From assembly GCA_000708835.1 (NCBI GenBank), contig DF237142.1, positions 88,537-152,536 of the forward strand: 64,000 bases of DNA. The letters are read 5' to 3'. The number at the start of each line of letters is the position of its first letter. Positions within the stretch are counted from its first letter, which is position 1. The stretch is from Klebsormidium nitens (taxonomy: Eukaryota > Plantae > Klebsormidiophyceae). Below, piece by piece: positions 50,101 through 61,705 of the stretch. The notes beneath the pieces are model-generated. The model saw only the letters and a program-made list of their open reading frames with translations. It ran no database searches and was not told the origin of the DNA. A program made the position numbers and the translations under genes.

Positions 50101-53100
50101 AATCCTGTAAATCTCTCTTCAACATGTTCCTTCAACTGTACTCTCAACGAATTACGTGTCGCTTCAAAAAGTATTCTTCTGAGTATCTGTTCAGCGGATC
50201 TCTTCCACGTATCTCTTCAAACCATCTCTTCAACGTATCTCTTCAAACAATCTCTTCAAAATAATTCTTCAAAGTATGTCTTCAAAGCTCCACCACGCTC
50301 CCAGCAGCAGTTGCGACCTCTTTTCGTGCCGTCACCTTGTACGCCGCGGGCCGCAGCATGCCCTCGACGACCATTTGGTTGACCGGGTCGTCGTCCACCG
50401 ACAGGATCTCGTACTGCCCGTTCACGTCGAAGAACGACCGGTGCAGCCGCCCCGCGCCGTCCTCGAACCCCTCGCTCGCGCAGTGCCCCGTGATCTGCGA
50501 GACACGCGGGAGGAAGCGAATGCATGAATTTGCGAGGTCGCAATGGCTCCGAGGAGTCCGCCGACTTCTGTAAATACACGGAGCTTTGCGGCTTTCGAAT
50601 GCGTTCGACGGTTCTACCTAACTAAGCAGCGGAGACCGCATGAGAGAAATGGCTTTTGAACCAAGGCAGCACTTTTCCAGATCTCAGACTCCCAAAGAAC
50701 AAGTCTACATCTCGCCGAATGGTGCGTATGGTGCGAAAGTCTCGCTCTCGATGCAATCTAGACGTCATCGAGGCTATCTCGTTTCGCGCGCCGCGGCCGC
50801 CCCGCGCGCACCTGTTGCTTGAGCGTGTAGCCCGACGCGGACTCGCGCTGGAACTTGGTGAGCGAGCTGCGCGCGAACTTGGGCGCCGCCTCGCCGTCCG
50901 ACGCCGCCGAGTCCGCGCTGCTGCTCGCGCGCTCGCGCCGATCCGCCTCGCGCTGCGGGGAGGGCGCGCTCGGCGGGCGCGAGCGCGAGGGCTCAGGCTC
51001 CTCGGGGGCGCTCTCTTCCTTTTCGCGCTTGGGCTGCGGAAAATAAAAGCGGAAACGGGTGTGAAAGAGGCTTCGAGCGAAATGAGAGGAATCAGAGAAG
51101 TAAACGAAGGAAAACTCGAAGGCTTGCCAAGCCTGGAGGGTGATCAAGCAATCTTCCCGCAGGATTTCAACGTACGTAATCTCCGGGCGCTTCAAAAGCC
51201 AATCTGAAAAGATTGAACCATGAAACCAGGAGCAAACTGCTTGCCGCCTGGTTCACGGGCAAGGGAACCTCCGTCAGTTTACTTGCTAACTGTACGGTTA
51301 GCGAGGGGCGCGAGCGGCGTTACCTGCACGAGCGGCAGCACGAAAGTGAAGGCGGACCCCTCGCCGAGGCGTGACGTCACGGAGATGGAGCCGTGGTGCG
51401 CGCGCACGAGCGTCTCCGCGAGGGACAGCCCGAGGCCCGTGCCGCCGTGCTGCTGCACGATCGCGTCGCTGCCCTGCTCGAACGCGCTGAAGATATCGGC
51501 GATGCGCTCCGCGGGGATGCCGATGCCTGCCGACAAGGCGAAGGGAGAGATGCGGCATTATGTACCTCAGAGAGTTCGAGCAAGTTTGCCCAAAAGAAAC
51601 GTTGCCTGCCAGGAGAGAGGGGGGATAGAACCTGATAAGCGGCCGCAACTCGCTTAGGAGAGATGCCGATGTCTGCAAGCATAAGAGGTGCGGGCACAGA
51701 AGAATCATTGATGACCCAAAGTGGAACGAGGGCGCAGAGAGGGTTCAACAACGGCAGACGTATATCAGGTACGGCACACGATGGCCGCTTTCTGAATGTG
51801 CTGACTCCGTCGCAACCTCGTGGTCGCACCGGGCAGGAACTCTTTGCTTTCCGCAGGATCATGAGCCAGTGTTGAGCACGGAATCACGCGCGGCGACTTC
51901 ACCGAGGCCGCTCAAGAAAAGACTGCTCTTTGAAGATCTCTTCCTGTGACTGACCCCTCGCTTCCTCGCCGCCAGGAGCTACAGCGTCATTCGGCATTTT
52001 GGGTGTGCATCTGAACTCACACCCATCAACACATGCAGCCACGCGACGTGGCTCCGCCCGAGTTGGTTATCCGAGGACTCTGCACGCGCGCTCACCGGTG
52101 TCTTTGACGGTGACGGCCACGACGTCCTGCCCGGTCTGGTTCTTGCGCAGCCGCGCGCTCACGCGGATCTCGCCTGCACCGCCGACAGCGCGCGCACGAT
52201 CAGACTCAGCGGTTTAAAGATTGCAGAGCCGGAAAACATCACGATCTCTTCGTACTACAGCTTGGGAAGTAAGTTAGGTCGTTTTCCGCAAAGGAATCCA
52301 AGCATTCGCAACCCGGTGCCGAAGCGGCAAGGTTCCCTGCAGTGCATCACGATGAAGATTGCTGCAGGCATGGGCGCTCAAGGAAAGATTACTGTGCAAG
52401 AATGTGCAGCGGCGCGCTTCTCTCATATCCATCACGACGACCCCGGAATTGAAACAAGAATGGCTCTCCGCTCAAGTACTTATCTGCTTCTGAACGTGAG
52501 CTTTTGGCTCGACGACTCATCATAAACGACACTGATTAGGTCTGAGTCGTATGGCCGGAAGTGCACTCAACAGCGCAGGTGACGATGCTCAGGTGTCGGG
52601 GTTGACACGGACAAAAGAAGTCCGCTTAGCCTCGGAAAAATCAAACCCCTCAATCAGGTTGAGGAGTTTTGAACACTTGTTTTGGGTCCGTGCCTTCAGG
52701 TTTCAGAGCGGGGCGTGCGTGGGAGTGCGCTGACCTTCGTCGGTGAACTTGGCTGCGTTGCCCACTATGTTGTGCAGCACCTGGATCAGCCGCGCCGGGT
52801 CGCACTGCAGCTCCGGCAAACCCGCCGGCACGTCGTTGTGCAGCTGCAAGCAGGCGAGAGCGGGCGGCTGGGAACAGCACTGGGCGGAAAGTACACGTGG
52901 GCACAGTTGACGACTAAGAGTCTTCATAGAACGGTTTTGAACAGCCGCTTCGAAGGTCGAGTCAAGAGACATTCCTGTGTGTGTACTGAGAAGACCCCGT
53001 CACGACCAGATGCCAAAGTGCAACTATAGGTAGGAAGCTTCACGCTTACACAGCACCGCCGTGAGGCGTGGAAGCCATAACTTTGTTATCTATACTTTCA

Positions 53101-56100
53101 AGCCTTGCAGCTGATTTTGCAGCTGGTTTTGGGACTCAAGGCGCCCCAATCAAACCCTCGGTATCCTTTTTCAAACACCAACCACCTCTACTAGGGCGGG
53201 GGGTAAAGGGCAGGACTATTAAGGGACACAGTGGCGTGCAAGGCAGGTGATTCGCAAGTTCCGTTCTCCTGGTTTCCGTTCCGGCGCGCACCTTGACGGA
53301 CCACTTGAGCGACGGCGTGGTGAGGTCCAGCACGTGGTCCACGCACGGCCGCAGCTTCACGCGGTCGTACCGCAGCACCAGCGGGCCGCTGCGCGCGCTG
53401 CTCACGTCCAGAATGTCTGCGCGCCAGCAAAGCGGAGCGAACGTCAGGCTTACGGTCTCCTTCCTCTCTGATCAACCGGCTGGAACGTGCTGCCATGAAA
53501 AGGCTTCTCGAATTGCTCCAGACGGTCAAAGGTCTGGAGATGCAAGTCCTCGACCGGTGCTGCCGTCTCGTGTGCACCTCAAAGCCGGGACGATGGGCGC
53601 TGGGCGCTGACAGCGTTGGGGATAGCTGGACTCTGCGTCAAAGCTGCACTAGGCTTGCCGCACTATCTGGCCGCTTTTGTATTTTCGGAACTCATTTCGA
53701 CCGTTCTCTTGCGAGGGTGTCCGTGTGAGCCAGATACCGGGATTGCCCTCAAACAGTCCGCTGACCGAGAATGTGTGCGCAGCTCCCGCAATCGCCTCCT
53801 TTCACATCTCTGCTGCCCAACAGTCACTCCGCGAGCCGTGCTTGAGAGCCCGCATACACCACACCCATGAGAAAAGCCAACCAGCTTCCGTGCCCTGGCG
53901 ATCCGCTTGTTTCCGCTGCCGTTCCGGTGCGGGTGGCTCACCGTTGACGAGGTTCTGCAGTCGGTGCCCGCTCTTTTTGATGGTCCCCAGCGTGTGCAAC
54001 AGCACCTCCGTCACCGGCCCGCACGACCCCTGCACAACCCACCCGCGCCGTCAGCACAGTTCCAACCATGAGGGACACAGGTAAAAGCGTCCTCTCCTAC
54101 GCCGTAACTGATTCAGGCGCTCTCTACTGTACCACTTCCGGCGCCTTTCGCGCTCGATGGGAGCTGGACCCATCAAGTGCGTCACGCCAACCTCTGTCTT
54201 CAGTGTTCCAAAGCCTCCGATCGTCATCTGTTTGCGCCTCGCGATACGAAGCTAGTGTTCGCGCACAATCCCTCGTGTAGCCGAATTGTTCCGTACCCTG
54301 TCCGGTCAATCTCACAACACACTCGCGCGCGCGCGTTACCTGCAGGACGGTGTCGGAGAGGCCGATGATGCCGTTGAGCGGCGTGCGCAGCTCGTGCGAG
54401 ACGGAGGCGAGGAAGCGGTCCTTCTGGCTGACCGCCTGCCGCAGCTCCGCGATCAGCGCGTTCTTGCTGTTCTCCTCCTGCACCGCGGCCGCCGCGCGCC
54501 GCTTCTCCTCGATGCTCAAAAAACTGCCCTCCAGCAGCAGCGCGCTGAACACCACCTGGCAATACAAGAAGGGGAGGAAAAGGGCGTCGCGGCAGGCTCG
54601 CCGGGTGGAGAAGAGCAGGGCCGGAAGGGAAGACGGACGGAGGCGCGAGGGAGTCGCACGAACAAAGGAGAAACCAGAAAGACGGCGGACATACGTTCAG
54701 ACACCACTAAGCGGCGGTGTTTGAAGTCGGGGCCAGCCTCGCAGCTCTTCGCCGCTTTCGATAGCGGAAAGCCTCTTGAAAGAAGGACGCATTTCCAATG
54801 GAAGGGAGTCGCTCTTCACACAGTTCCAGGATTCTGTGATTTTGTCCTTGTGTAGAAGAACATCTCAAGAGATCGTTGCGAATATGTTGGAAACCATTAT
54901 CTGGGTTGCACTGGGCCGTTTGTAGCTGGGATTGCATAATCTCTGCCTTTTACTGGGTTCCTGGTAAGCTGCACCGCAGCAAGCAGTGCCGGCTCCAGAC
55001 GCTGACCTTGGCGGAGAGGTCGCCTGCGAGGTAGAGGTACGCCTCGGTCTCGGGCGTGATGACGTGGAGCGCGGAGAGGGCCCACACGAGCGGGAAGATG
55101 TTCCACGTGAACACCATGTGCGCCTGCAGGAACTGCAGGTTGCGGTAGCTCGCCAGGTCGCGCGCCTGCGGAGGAGCGAAGGGACACCGAATCAGTGGCC
55201 GTACGCAAACGAACGACGGAGCGGCGCCGAGAGGCCGTTCCGTATCAGCGCTGATTGGACGCGAACAAGAGTGGAGTCAATTTTGGCTAGATATGGCCTT
55301 GAAAGGTTCGACTTGGCATCTAAAATCTCTGCAAAACGTGTGCGGGCTCAAGCCGCCAGCAAACACTACCCTCAGCAACAGCCGTCAGCCCTCCTCCCTG
55401 GGTTCGGCCATCGATCCCAGTAACCTGAAAAGTACGGCCGTCCGAACCAGCAAGGAGCAATTCGTGCGCCAAACAAGGCGTGCCGTGCTTGTCAACAAAG
55501 TATGCGCGGGAAAAGCTCGCCACTGAGACTTCCTACTAACTGGAACGTCCCCGAAAAGCGCCAAGAGCATTTGCATTTGTGTCTGGCTGGGGCGTTGCTG
55601 GCGCACCTCGCGCAGCGCGCTGCGGAACATGTTCCACACGAGGACGAGCACCGCGAGGAACGCGGCGCAGGAGCACGAGATGGCGGCGGCCATGACGGGC
55701 CACGACGGCGCCAGCGACGCGGTCAGGCCGGTGGCCAGCATCAGCATGTCGTACAAGACAGCCACGACCACCTGCCGGGCAATGGGGAACTGGGGTTTAG
55801 TGACGGCACAAGACGGCAGAGGAAGCGGTACCGGGGGTGTCAGGATCCGGGTGGGGGTGACGTCATGGTGAGGGGCACTGAGGGTGAGACGACGAGAAGC
55901 AACGGGTGGAAGGTTGTCGTAAGCTCGTCCCAGCCGATCCCTGACATGCCCGGGCATCCGAACGGGGGATGGTCACCCCGGCAGCAGGAGGGGGATCATC
56001 CACACCGTGCTCGCCCGACAGAAGCCTGCCCGTAAGAGTGAGTAAGGGCAGACCAGGAACGGCGACAAGAAGCGCCACGTGAATCTTGCAGAAGGGCGAA

Positions 56101-57838
56101 GAGTGAGGAGCGCCCGGGACGAGTGGCACCCTGTTCCCCTGACGGGGCAATCGTGTCAGCGACCATGTGGGCGAGCGTGATCTGCGGGCCGGCGCGCAGC
56201 TGACCTGGGGGCTGGTGAAGGAGGAGATCTTGGCGGCCATGAAGATCATGGTGGGCGTCGTGTGCAGCCACTGCACGTAGCGCACCGGGAAGCAGGGCCG
56301 GCCAAAGAAGTCGAGGACAACGGGCGTGGCGGAGTAATACAGCAGCATGTTGGTGCTGAATGCGATTGCGTTAATGTAACACACCAGGAACGCCTGCGCA
56401 CGACAGCCGCGACGAGTCAGCACAGCAGCAGCTTACGCTCACTCAGATCTTGATCTGCCCTTGCTGGCGGCAAAGCCCGGAGTCTGCTGAGTGGCGATCT
56501 AATGAGAGAAGGCTGCTTACCGCGGTTCTCTTCTCCTTGTCGGTGCGGCAGATGAGGGAACACGTGAACAGGATGAATGCGCAGCCGAAGGCGACCATGC
56601 CCACCTGCGGGGGCAAGGAAGGATACCGTTTGTTATAAGAGCATGGCAGGAAAGATCTTCTTTTGAAGCGTGTGCTGGAAGCTTCTTTCCAGTGGGGCCG
56701 AGCTACTGCCTCATTCGCGGACCGGTCACTTCCTTGGGCCGCACTGCCGCTTACTGCTTCGTTACTGCTGCTGCCAAAGACATCTTGCAAGCCCTGTGAG
56801 GTGCCACAAAGTGTCGGCCTCTGGCCTCAGTAAGCCCGCAGCAGTGACCGGCTTAGCTACAGCATGCCTGGCCCTCCTCTCATTGACAGGTGCTCAGATG
56901 AGCGAGCTACTTCCGAGCTTCTTCCAAAGGCGTTTTGTGATCTCTGCATCCACTGACGTTTACCCCCTAAGTCTCATAGCCACCCCCTGTGAGAAGAATG
57001 GGGGATTCTGACCTCAGTAGAGTGGCGCGTTGGGTCGAAGGGCGCTTGTCTGCCGGCTGGCGGGTGCCACTGGCGCAGCAGCAGCACCAGGACTGCAAAC
57101 GTAGCCACCAGTGCGCTCACGCTCGATGCGATCAGCCAGGTGCGGGGCGGCTTGCGCAGCGAGCGCTCCTGCGCAGAACAAGGTAGGCATGAGCTTTTGG
57201 GACAGTTCTCGATGCAGCTGAGGATTGGAGGAGAAGGCGGTCTCGGAAGCTCAGCAGTCCAGCTTTCCTGATCCTGGGTTCTGACTACGCAACATGAGGG
57301 TAATCTACCCAAAGGTATGCAAGGAGCCCTCCCCAAGCAGGCTGGGGTCTTCAGCAGGCTGACAAGCCCGCGAGCTAGTCCTTCTACTGGGCATGGAAAC
57401 GCGTCGTGCGTTTATTGACCACAGGAAGCTGGGCTGTCCCGAGCTCGCATCTGCCACGCAGTGTGCCCTGATTGCCAAAGACCAATTGCAGTTCACACAA
57501 CACTTGCTGTAACTAGTAGCCCCAGCCCTGCCCTGCCCCTGCCTCCACCATGTGACCCCTCATCCTGCACCACAGTCTACCTCCCGTTAAGTCTTTTGCC
57601 CCTGCTGTTCCTGCTTGACCCTCAGCTCCCAGCCGGCGTGGTCCTGCGCTGCCCCACATCTGAACCTGCCTGTCCCTGCCCCCTGCTGCTGCCTGCCCCT
57701 CACCGAGTCTAGCAGCTCCAGCAGTTGCGGGACAGCGCCGCGCGGCACCGGCACCACTGGCGAAGGCGGCCCTTCCTTTTCCCCCTCCTGCGCTGCGGGT
57801 GGGCCCCCCGGCGGCGTGCTGGGGACCTCGTCAGCCAT
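41198..57838 (-). CDS. Histidine-kinase rhodopsin / two-component cyclase opsin: 8-TM rhodopsin - HisKA - HATPase - receiver - guanylyl-type class III cyclase - long low-complexity tail - SAM
   Basis: Exons 57838-57704, 57168-57013, 56604-56521, 56393-56205, 55771-55607, 55165-55007, 54555-54340, 54029-53942, 53416-53292, 52843-52735, 52173-52096, 51526-51324, 51033-50812, 50494-50336, 49865-49755, 49193-49068, 48614-48438, 47739-47605, 47173-46993, 46667-46519, 46156-44188 (spans N gap), 43827-41971, 41320-41198. The first 20 exons total 2967 nt in frame. Motifs: [106 protein letters not shown]; [44 protein letters not shown]. Confidence 0.93.
45366..45932. other. Assembly gap (567 N); single Ns also at 45271 and 45283
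   Basis: Run of n in the sequence. Confidence 1.
50198..50288. repeat. 13-bp tandem minisatellite (ATCTCTTCAANNN x7) in a receiver-domain intron
   Basis: Units start at 50198, 50211, 50224, 50237, 50250, 50263 and 50276. Confidence 0.9.
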
Positions 57839-58964
57839 GCCTGCGGGTGTCTATGCAAGGTGGCGCTCCCGTGCAGCACAGTGCGGTGCAGCACGCGTGA
57901 CCTCACCCCCAGTGACCTGCGCCCGGGGGCGTCGCTGCATCGCCCCAGCTAGCTGGCAGCGCGTGATTGCAGGCCGAGAAGGACGTCATCACTGGCTGCC
58001 TAGCGGCCCCCGTGAGGCGGCGGCCCTGCCACGCAGCAACACTGTGCCTGAGCCCGCCACAGGGGCTGCGCACAAGCTTGCGGGCAGTGTTACGGGCTGC
58101 TCTTGGCCCCCTGCCACACGCTCGTTGTGCTTGCGATCTCTCTACTTGCAACCTCTGCCGGAGGGCCTACCATTCTTCGCTGCCAATTGTGCCACTAGTG
58201 GCTGCCAACCGTCTCATGCTGGGGGAGAGCTGGGCTACTCCGGCTTTGCCAAAACTGGCCGAGAGCAGTACAAGTGCTGTCCTTGGCACTCGATCATTGC
58301 GGCTTGACAAGCGTGGGACACGTTCTGTCTGAAAGATTGCTGATGGATCAGTCCGACAAAGCATTGCAATGCCTCGTTGTCAGATACACGAAATGCCGTT
58401 GATCCTTGCTACGACAGCCTAGAATCAGCAATTGCGTCAGAGGGCATCGCAATGCGGGTAGTGACCATAGTCAGCCTGACCGTCGGCCGGCTTCTTGGGA
58501 GCGCTCTCAACTTAGCTATCCTACCTAGTCCTACTTGAAAATCCTTCGTTATTTCGTAAGCCAAAGAGGCGAACCAGGGCGCCGGCCTGACGACAGGATA
58601 ACGATCTAGGAAGTTCACAGATCTCAGAATCTCATATACCAACCTGTCTGACTACAGTATCAGACTTCGAAGTACTTAGGTCCTATACAGCTGCCATGGA
58701 ATGATGCACAATTAAAAGGATAAAGTCTCCAGGCTGCGGCGCATCAATGATCAGATGCAAGCCTCTTCTGAACAGAAAGCTCACCTGGATCCCTACGTCA
58801 GCTTGTCAGATGCAAGATCCGGCAGCCGGGCAAAATGATTGTGTGAGGCAGGCTTGAAGTTGAGGCTGAGCTTTGATCAGCACTCTGCAGAGAATACTCA
58901 ATACCGGTACTAGGTAGTCCTACACACCTACGGCACCTACGGTATTAGGGTCATGTAGAGGTAC

Positions 58965-59125
58965 CCGTACCGATTGTCCGGTTGGGCAGCTTCATTTTAC
59001 TAATTTATTTCGTTTTCGTACCAGGCAAAATGACTTGCAGATTTGAAATTCGAAATTTATTTTACATTCAGATTTTTGGGCAAGTCGAAAAAATATATTT
59101 TTGCCCAACCGGACAATCGGTACGG
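58965..59125. mobile_element. MITE-like element with perfect 24-bp TIRs
   Basis: CCGTACCGATTGTCCGGTTGGGCA / TGCCCAACCGGACAATCGGTACGG; TA follows on the right, TAC precedes on the left; AT-rich interior. Confidence 0.78.
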
Positions 59126-60467
59126 TAGTCTTGAGTGTACCTTCCTAGTACCTAGTACCTAGTGTACCTATTTTCTGATTTTTCTTATCTTTTGTCTGAG
59201 TCGGAACTTGGAAGTCCTGACTTCTGACCAAAAGTCAGTACTGTCAGTGTCAGGAGTCAGGAGTCTACCTACTCAGGATACCGTACATGCGGTATCTGGA
59301 TTCTGATCGTGTAGAACCGGCGAGGAACTCAATCGGCCCCGGGACGTCGTCTGACTGGTGTCCCGATCACATTCTTACTGTCTCCTAAGTCCTGCCTCGG
59401 AGTCCTGTGCGGGTTGCGGCGAGCCATTTCAAAACATCAATTAGACAATCGGGGGCTACCTAATCCCCGGTGGCCAGTTTACCATCTGGCACCCTACATC
59501 TGACAAAGAAACGACAGCCCTGAGCCTAGAACTTCGAACTTCGAAGGACCGACAGACTGTGACGGATCGCGATCATTGCTGCCTGACATCAGATTCAACA
59601 GAAAGTGTACGGTGCCTAGCTACCTACTACCTACGAGCTTCAACTGGTACCGTACTACAAGAATCTTGAAGTACCTACGGTTACTGTTGGTACAGTACCA
59701 ACGCCGGCAACTACCTACCTACGGTGGTTATTAAAGGGTGAGCTGTACATTCTGAGTCTCGAGACCTGACCAAACACCTCGGTAACCGCTGTTTGACTGC
59801 ACCCAAGAATGAGAAATTTCATCGGACGGATAAAACATAGCAGATTGTAGAATCCAATTCCAGGGTTCGAACAGAGGTAGACCGGGGACCCTACCATAAA
59901 AGTCGGAGCACGACTCGGACCTTCAAAATTGACCCGGACGCGGTCCCCGCGGTCGCGCGAAATTCCACTCTAGTAAGAAATTTCGTCGCACCGTAGACTG
60001 CCGACTTGCTGCCGACACTACGCAGAATTCCGTCAGGTTCTTGCGGACTCCAGTCTGCATTTCAGTCCTAGTCTGCATTTCAGTCCTGTAAGAAGTATGT
60101 AGCACGTGCATCATTGTTATTGCATATTCTGGCGCCACGACACCTATACGGTTGACGTGGCATATCTGCACCGTTCGATGCGTACCTGTCGCCATAGCCT
60201 AACGGCTACTTGCTTGCATTTGTCCGTTAGGGTTGCTGCTTTCTTGCGAGCACTGCTTTGTTATGTTCTCTTGCACCTTGTGACTGGAGCTACGGCTCAC
60301 CTATAAAGGTGGACTTCTCCACCGTGTAAGTCCTCATTCCTGGTTTCCAAGTTTGAGGCATCCAATCTCTAGCAAGTTTCTCAACTCCCGAGCTCCGCTC
60401 TTCCCGCTAAGCTCCCTACTAGTGTATAAGTCTCCAATTTCCTTGTGAAATTAGCCTGAGATTACAT

Positions 60468-60476
60468 TGGTATCAG
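60468..60476 (+). promoter_or_regulatory. Primer-binding site, tRNA-iMet type
   Basis: TGGTATCAG one base after the CA LTR end; matches the first 9 nt of the plant TGGTATCAGAGC PBS. Confidence 0.75.
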
Positions 60477-60577
60477 GGGTTTAGTTTCCTTCTCTCTCTT
60501 TCCCTCAGCTCACCTACCTTCCTCTCTGCTCTTCCCTCCAATTCTGCCTTCTCTGTGAACTCTCCTCTTCCAATGCC

Positions 60578-61705
60578 ATGGTGGACGTCGACCCCGGAGC
60601 TCAAGGTGGAGCTGCTCTTCAAGCAGCTATCGGCCAGCTCACAGAGGTGGTCGCCGAAATGGCAGGCCAGATGCAGCATATGCAGGCCCAGCTGGAGGAG
60701 CAAAGGGCGACTGCAGCTGCAGCTGGTGGTGCAGGGGTACCTCCCATGGAACCCGCTGCAGAGGCACAAGTACCAGCGGCAGGGGTACCTGGTGCTGGTA
60801 TACCTGGTGGTAAAAATCTCAGATTGAGGTTTTCAGAGGTCTATGATGGTTCGTCCACCGCAGGTGCAGTGGAGAACTTCATTTTCGACTATGAGATGTA
60901 CTTTGAGGGGATGGACACACCTGTTGATAAGCAGGTTTATCTTGCTGCTGGTTTGTTAACCGGGAGTGCAAAGTCTTGGTGGCGGTACACCGGCCTGGCC
61001 CATGGGGGCAACCAGACCTTGTACTCCTGGGATGCATTCTCTGGGGAGCTCTTGTCCCGGTTCCGAGCTGTTAACTCCACACGCCATGCCAGAGATAAGC
61101 TTGCGGGTCTTAGGCAGGACGGCAGTGTCAGGACGTATGCTCAAACCATGCAAGAGTCATCCCTGCAGGTACCCGGTATCCAGGACGAGGAGCTCCTGGA
61201 CCGGTTCATCCGCGGCCTCAAACCCCGCACACGCCAGGAAGTTATCATGCGTGAGCCCGAAACCTTCGAGGAAGCGGTTAAGCTTGCTGACCGCTATGAC
61301 TCATTGTGGGGCTCTGCTGGGTTACAGTCTGGTTTTGCACGACCTACATTTGCAGCTAATGGGGTGCGGACTTCCAGGGTCCAAACCCCTCTCAGCTTCT
61401 CTAACCCCGCGCCCACCAGGTCAGCTAACCCTGGTAGCACGGGCCCTGTCTCTATGGAGATCGACGCGCTCCGACGCAAACCCAGGGCGCCACTAACCCA
61501 ATCTGAGCGAGCGCGCTTGGTCAAGGTTGGTGGATGCTTCTACTGCAGGCAACCGGGGCACTTGATCGCCGAGTGCCCCAATAAACCCCCTGTGCAGAGA
61601 ACTGTCGCCCAAGGCGAGCGACCAGCTGATCCCACCGAGCACCCCAACCTCATCGACTTCGGGCTCGAAGAGCCTAGGTGCTCGGAAAACTCTCTGCCCC
61701 AGTAG
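60578..61705 (+). CDS. gag: Retrotransposon Gag with CCHC zinc knuckle
   Basis: 375-aa ORF; LLTGSAKSWW, LRQDGSVRTY...LLDRFIRGLKP, CFYCRQPGHLIAEC. Confidence 0.92.
   Translation: MVDVDPGAQGGAALQAAIGQLTEVVAEMAGQMQHMQAQLEEQRATAAAAGGAGVPPMEPAAEAQVPAAGVPGAGIPGGKNLRLRFSEVYDGSSTAGAVENFIFDYEMYFEGMDTPVDKQVYLAAGLLTGSAKSWWRYTGLAHGGNQTLYSWDAFSGELLSRFRAVNSTRHARDKLAGLRQDGSVRTYAQTMQESSLQVPGIQDEELLDRFIRGLKPRTRQEVIMREPETFEEAVKLADRYDSLWGSAGLQSGFARPTFAANGVRTSRVQTPLSFSNPAPTRSANPGSTGPVSMEIDALRRKPRAPLTQSERARLVKVGGCFYCRQPGHLIAECPNKPPVQRTVAQGERPADPTEHPNLIDFGLEEPRCSENSLPQ

Noticed and set aside
9681-57838. Functional clustering of light or plastid genes (EF-P, psaD, rhodopsin-kinase)
   Set aside because: They are interspersed with unrelated housekeeping genes and share no evident regulatory motif; likely coincidental.
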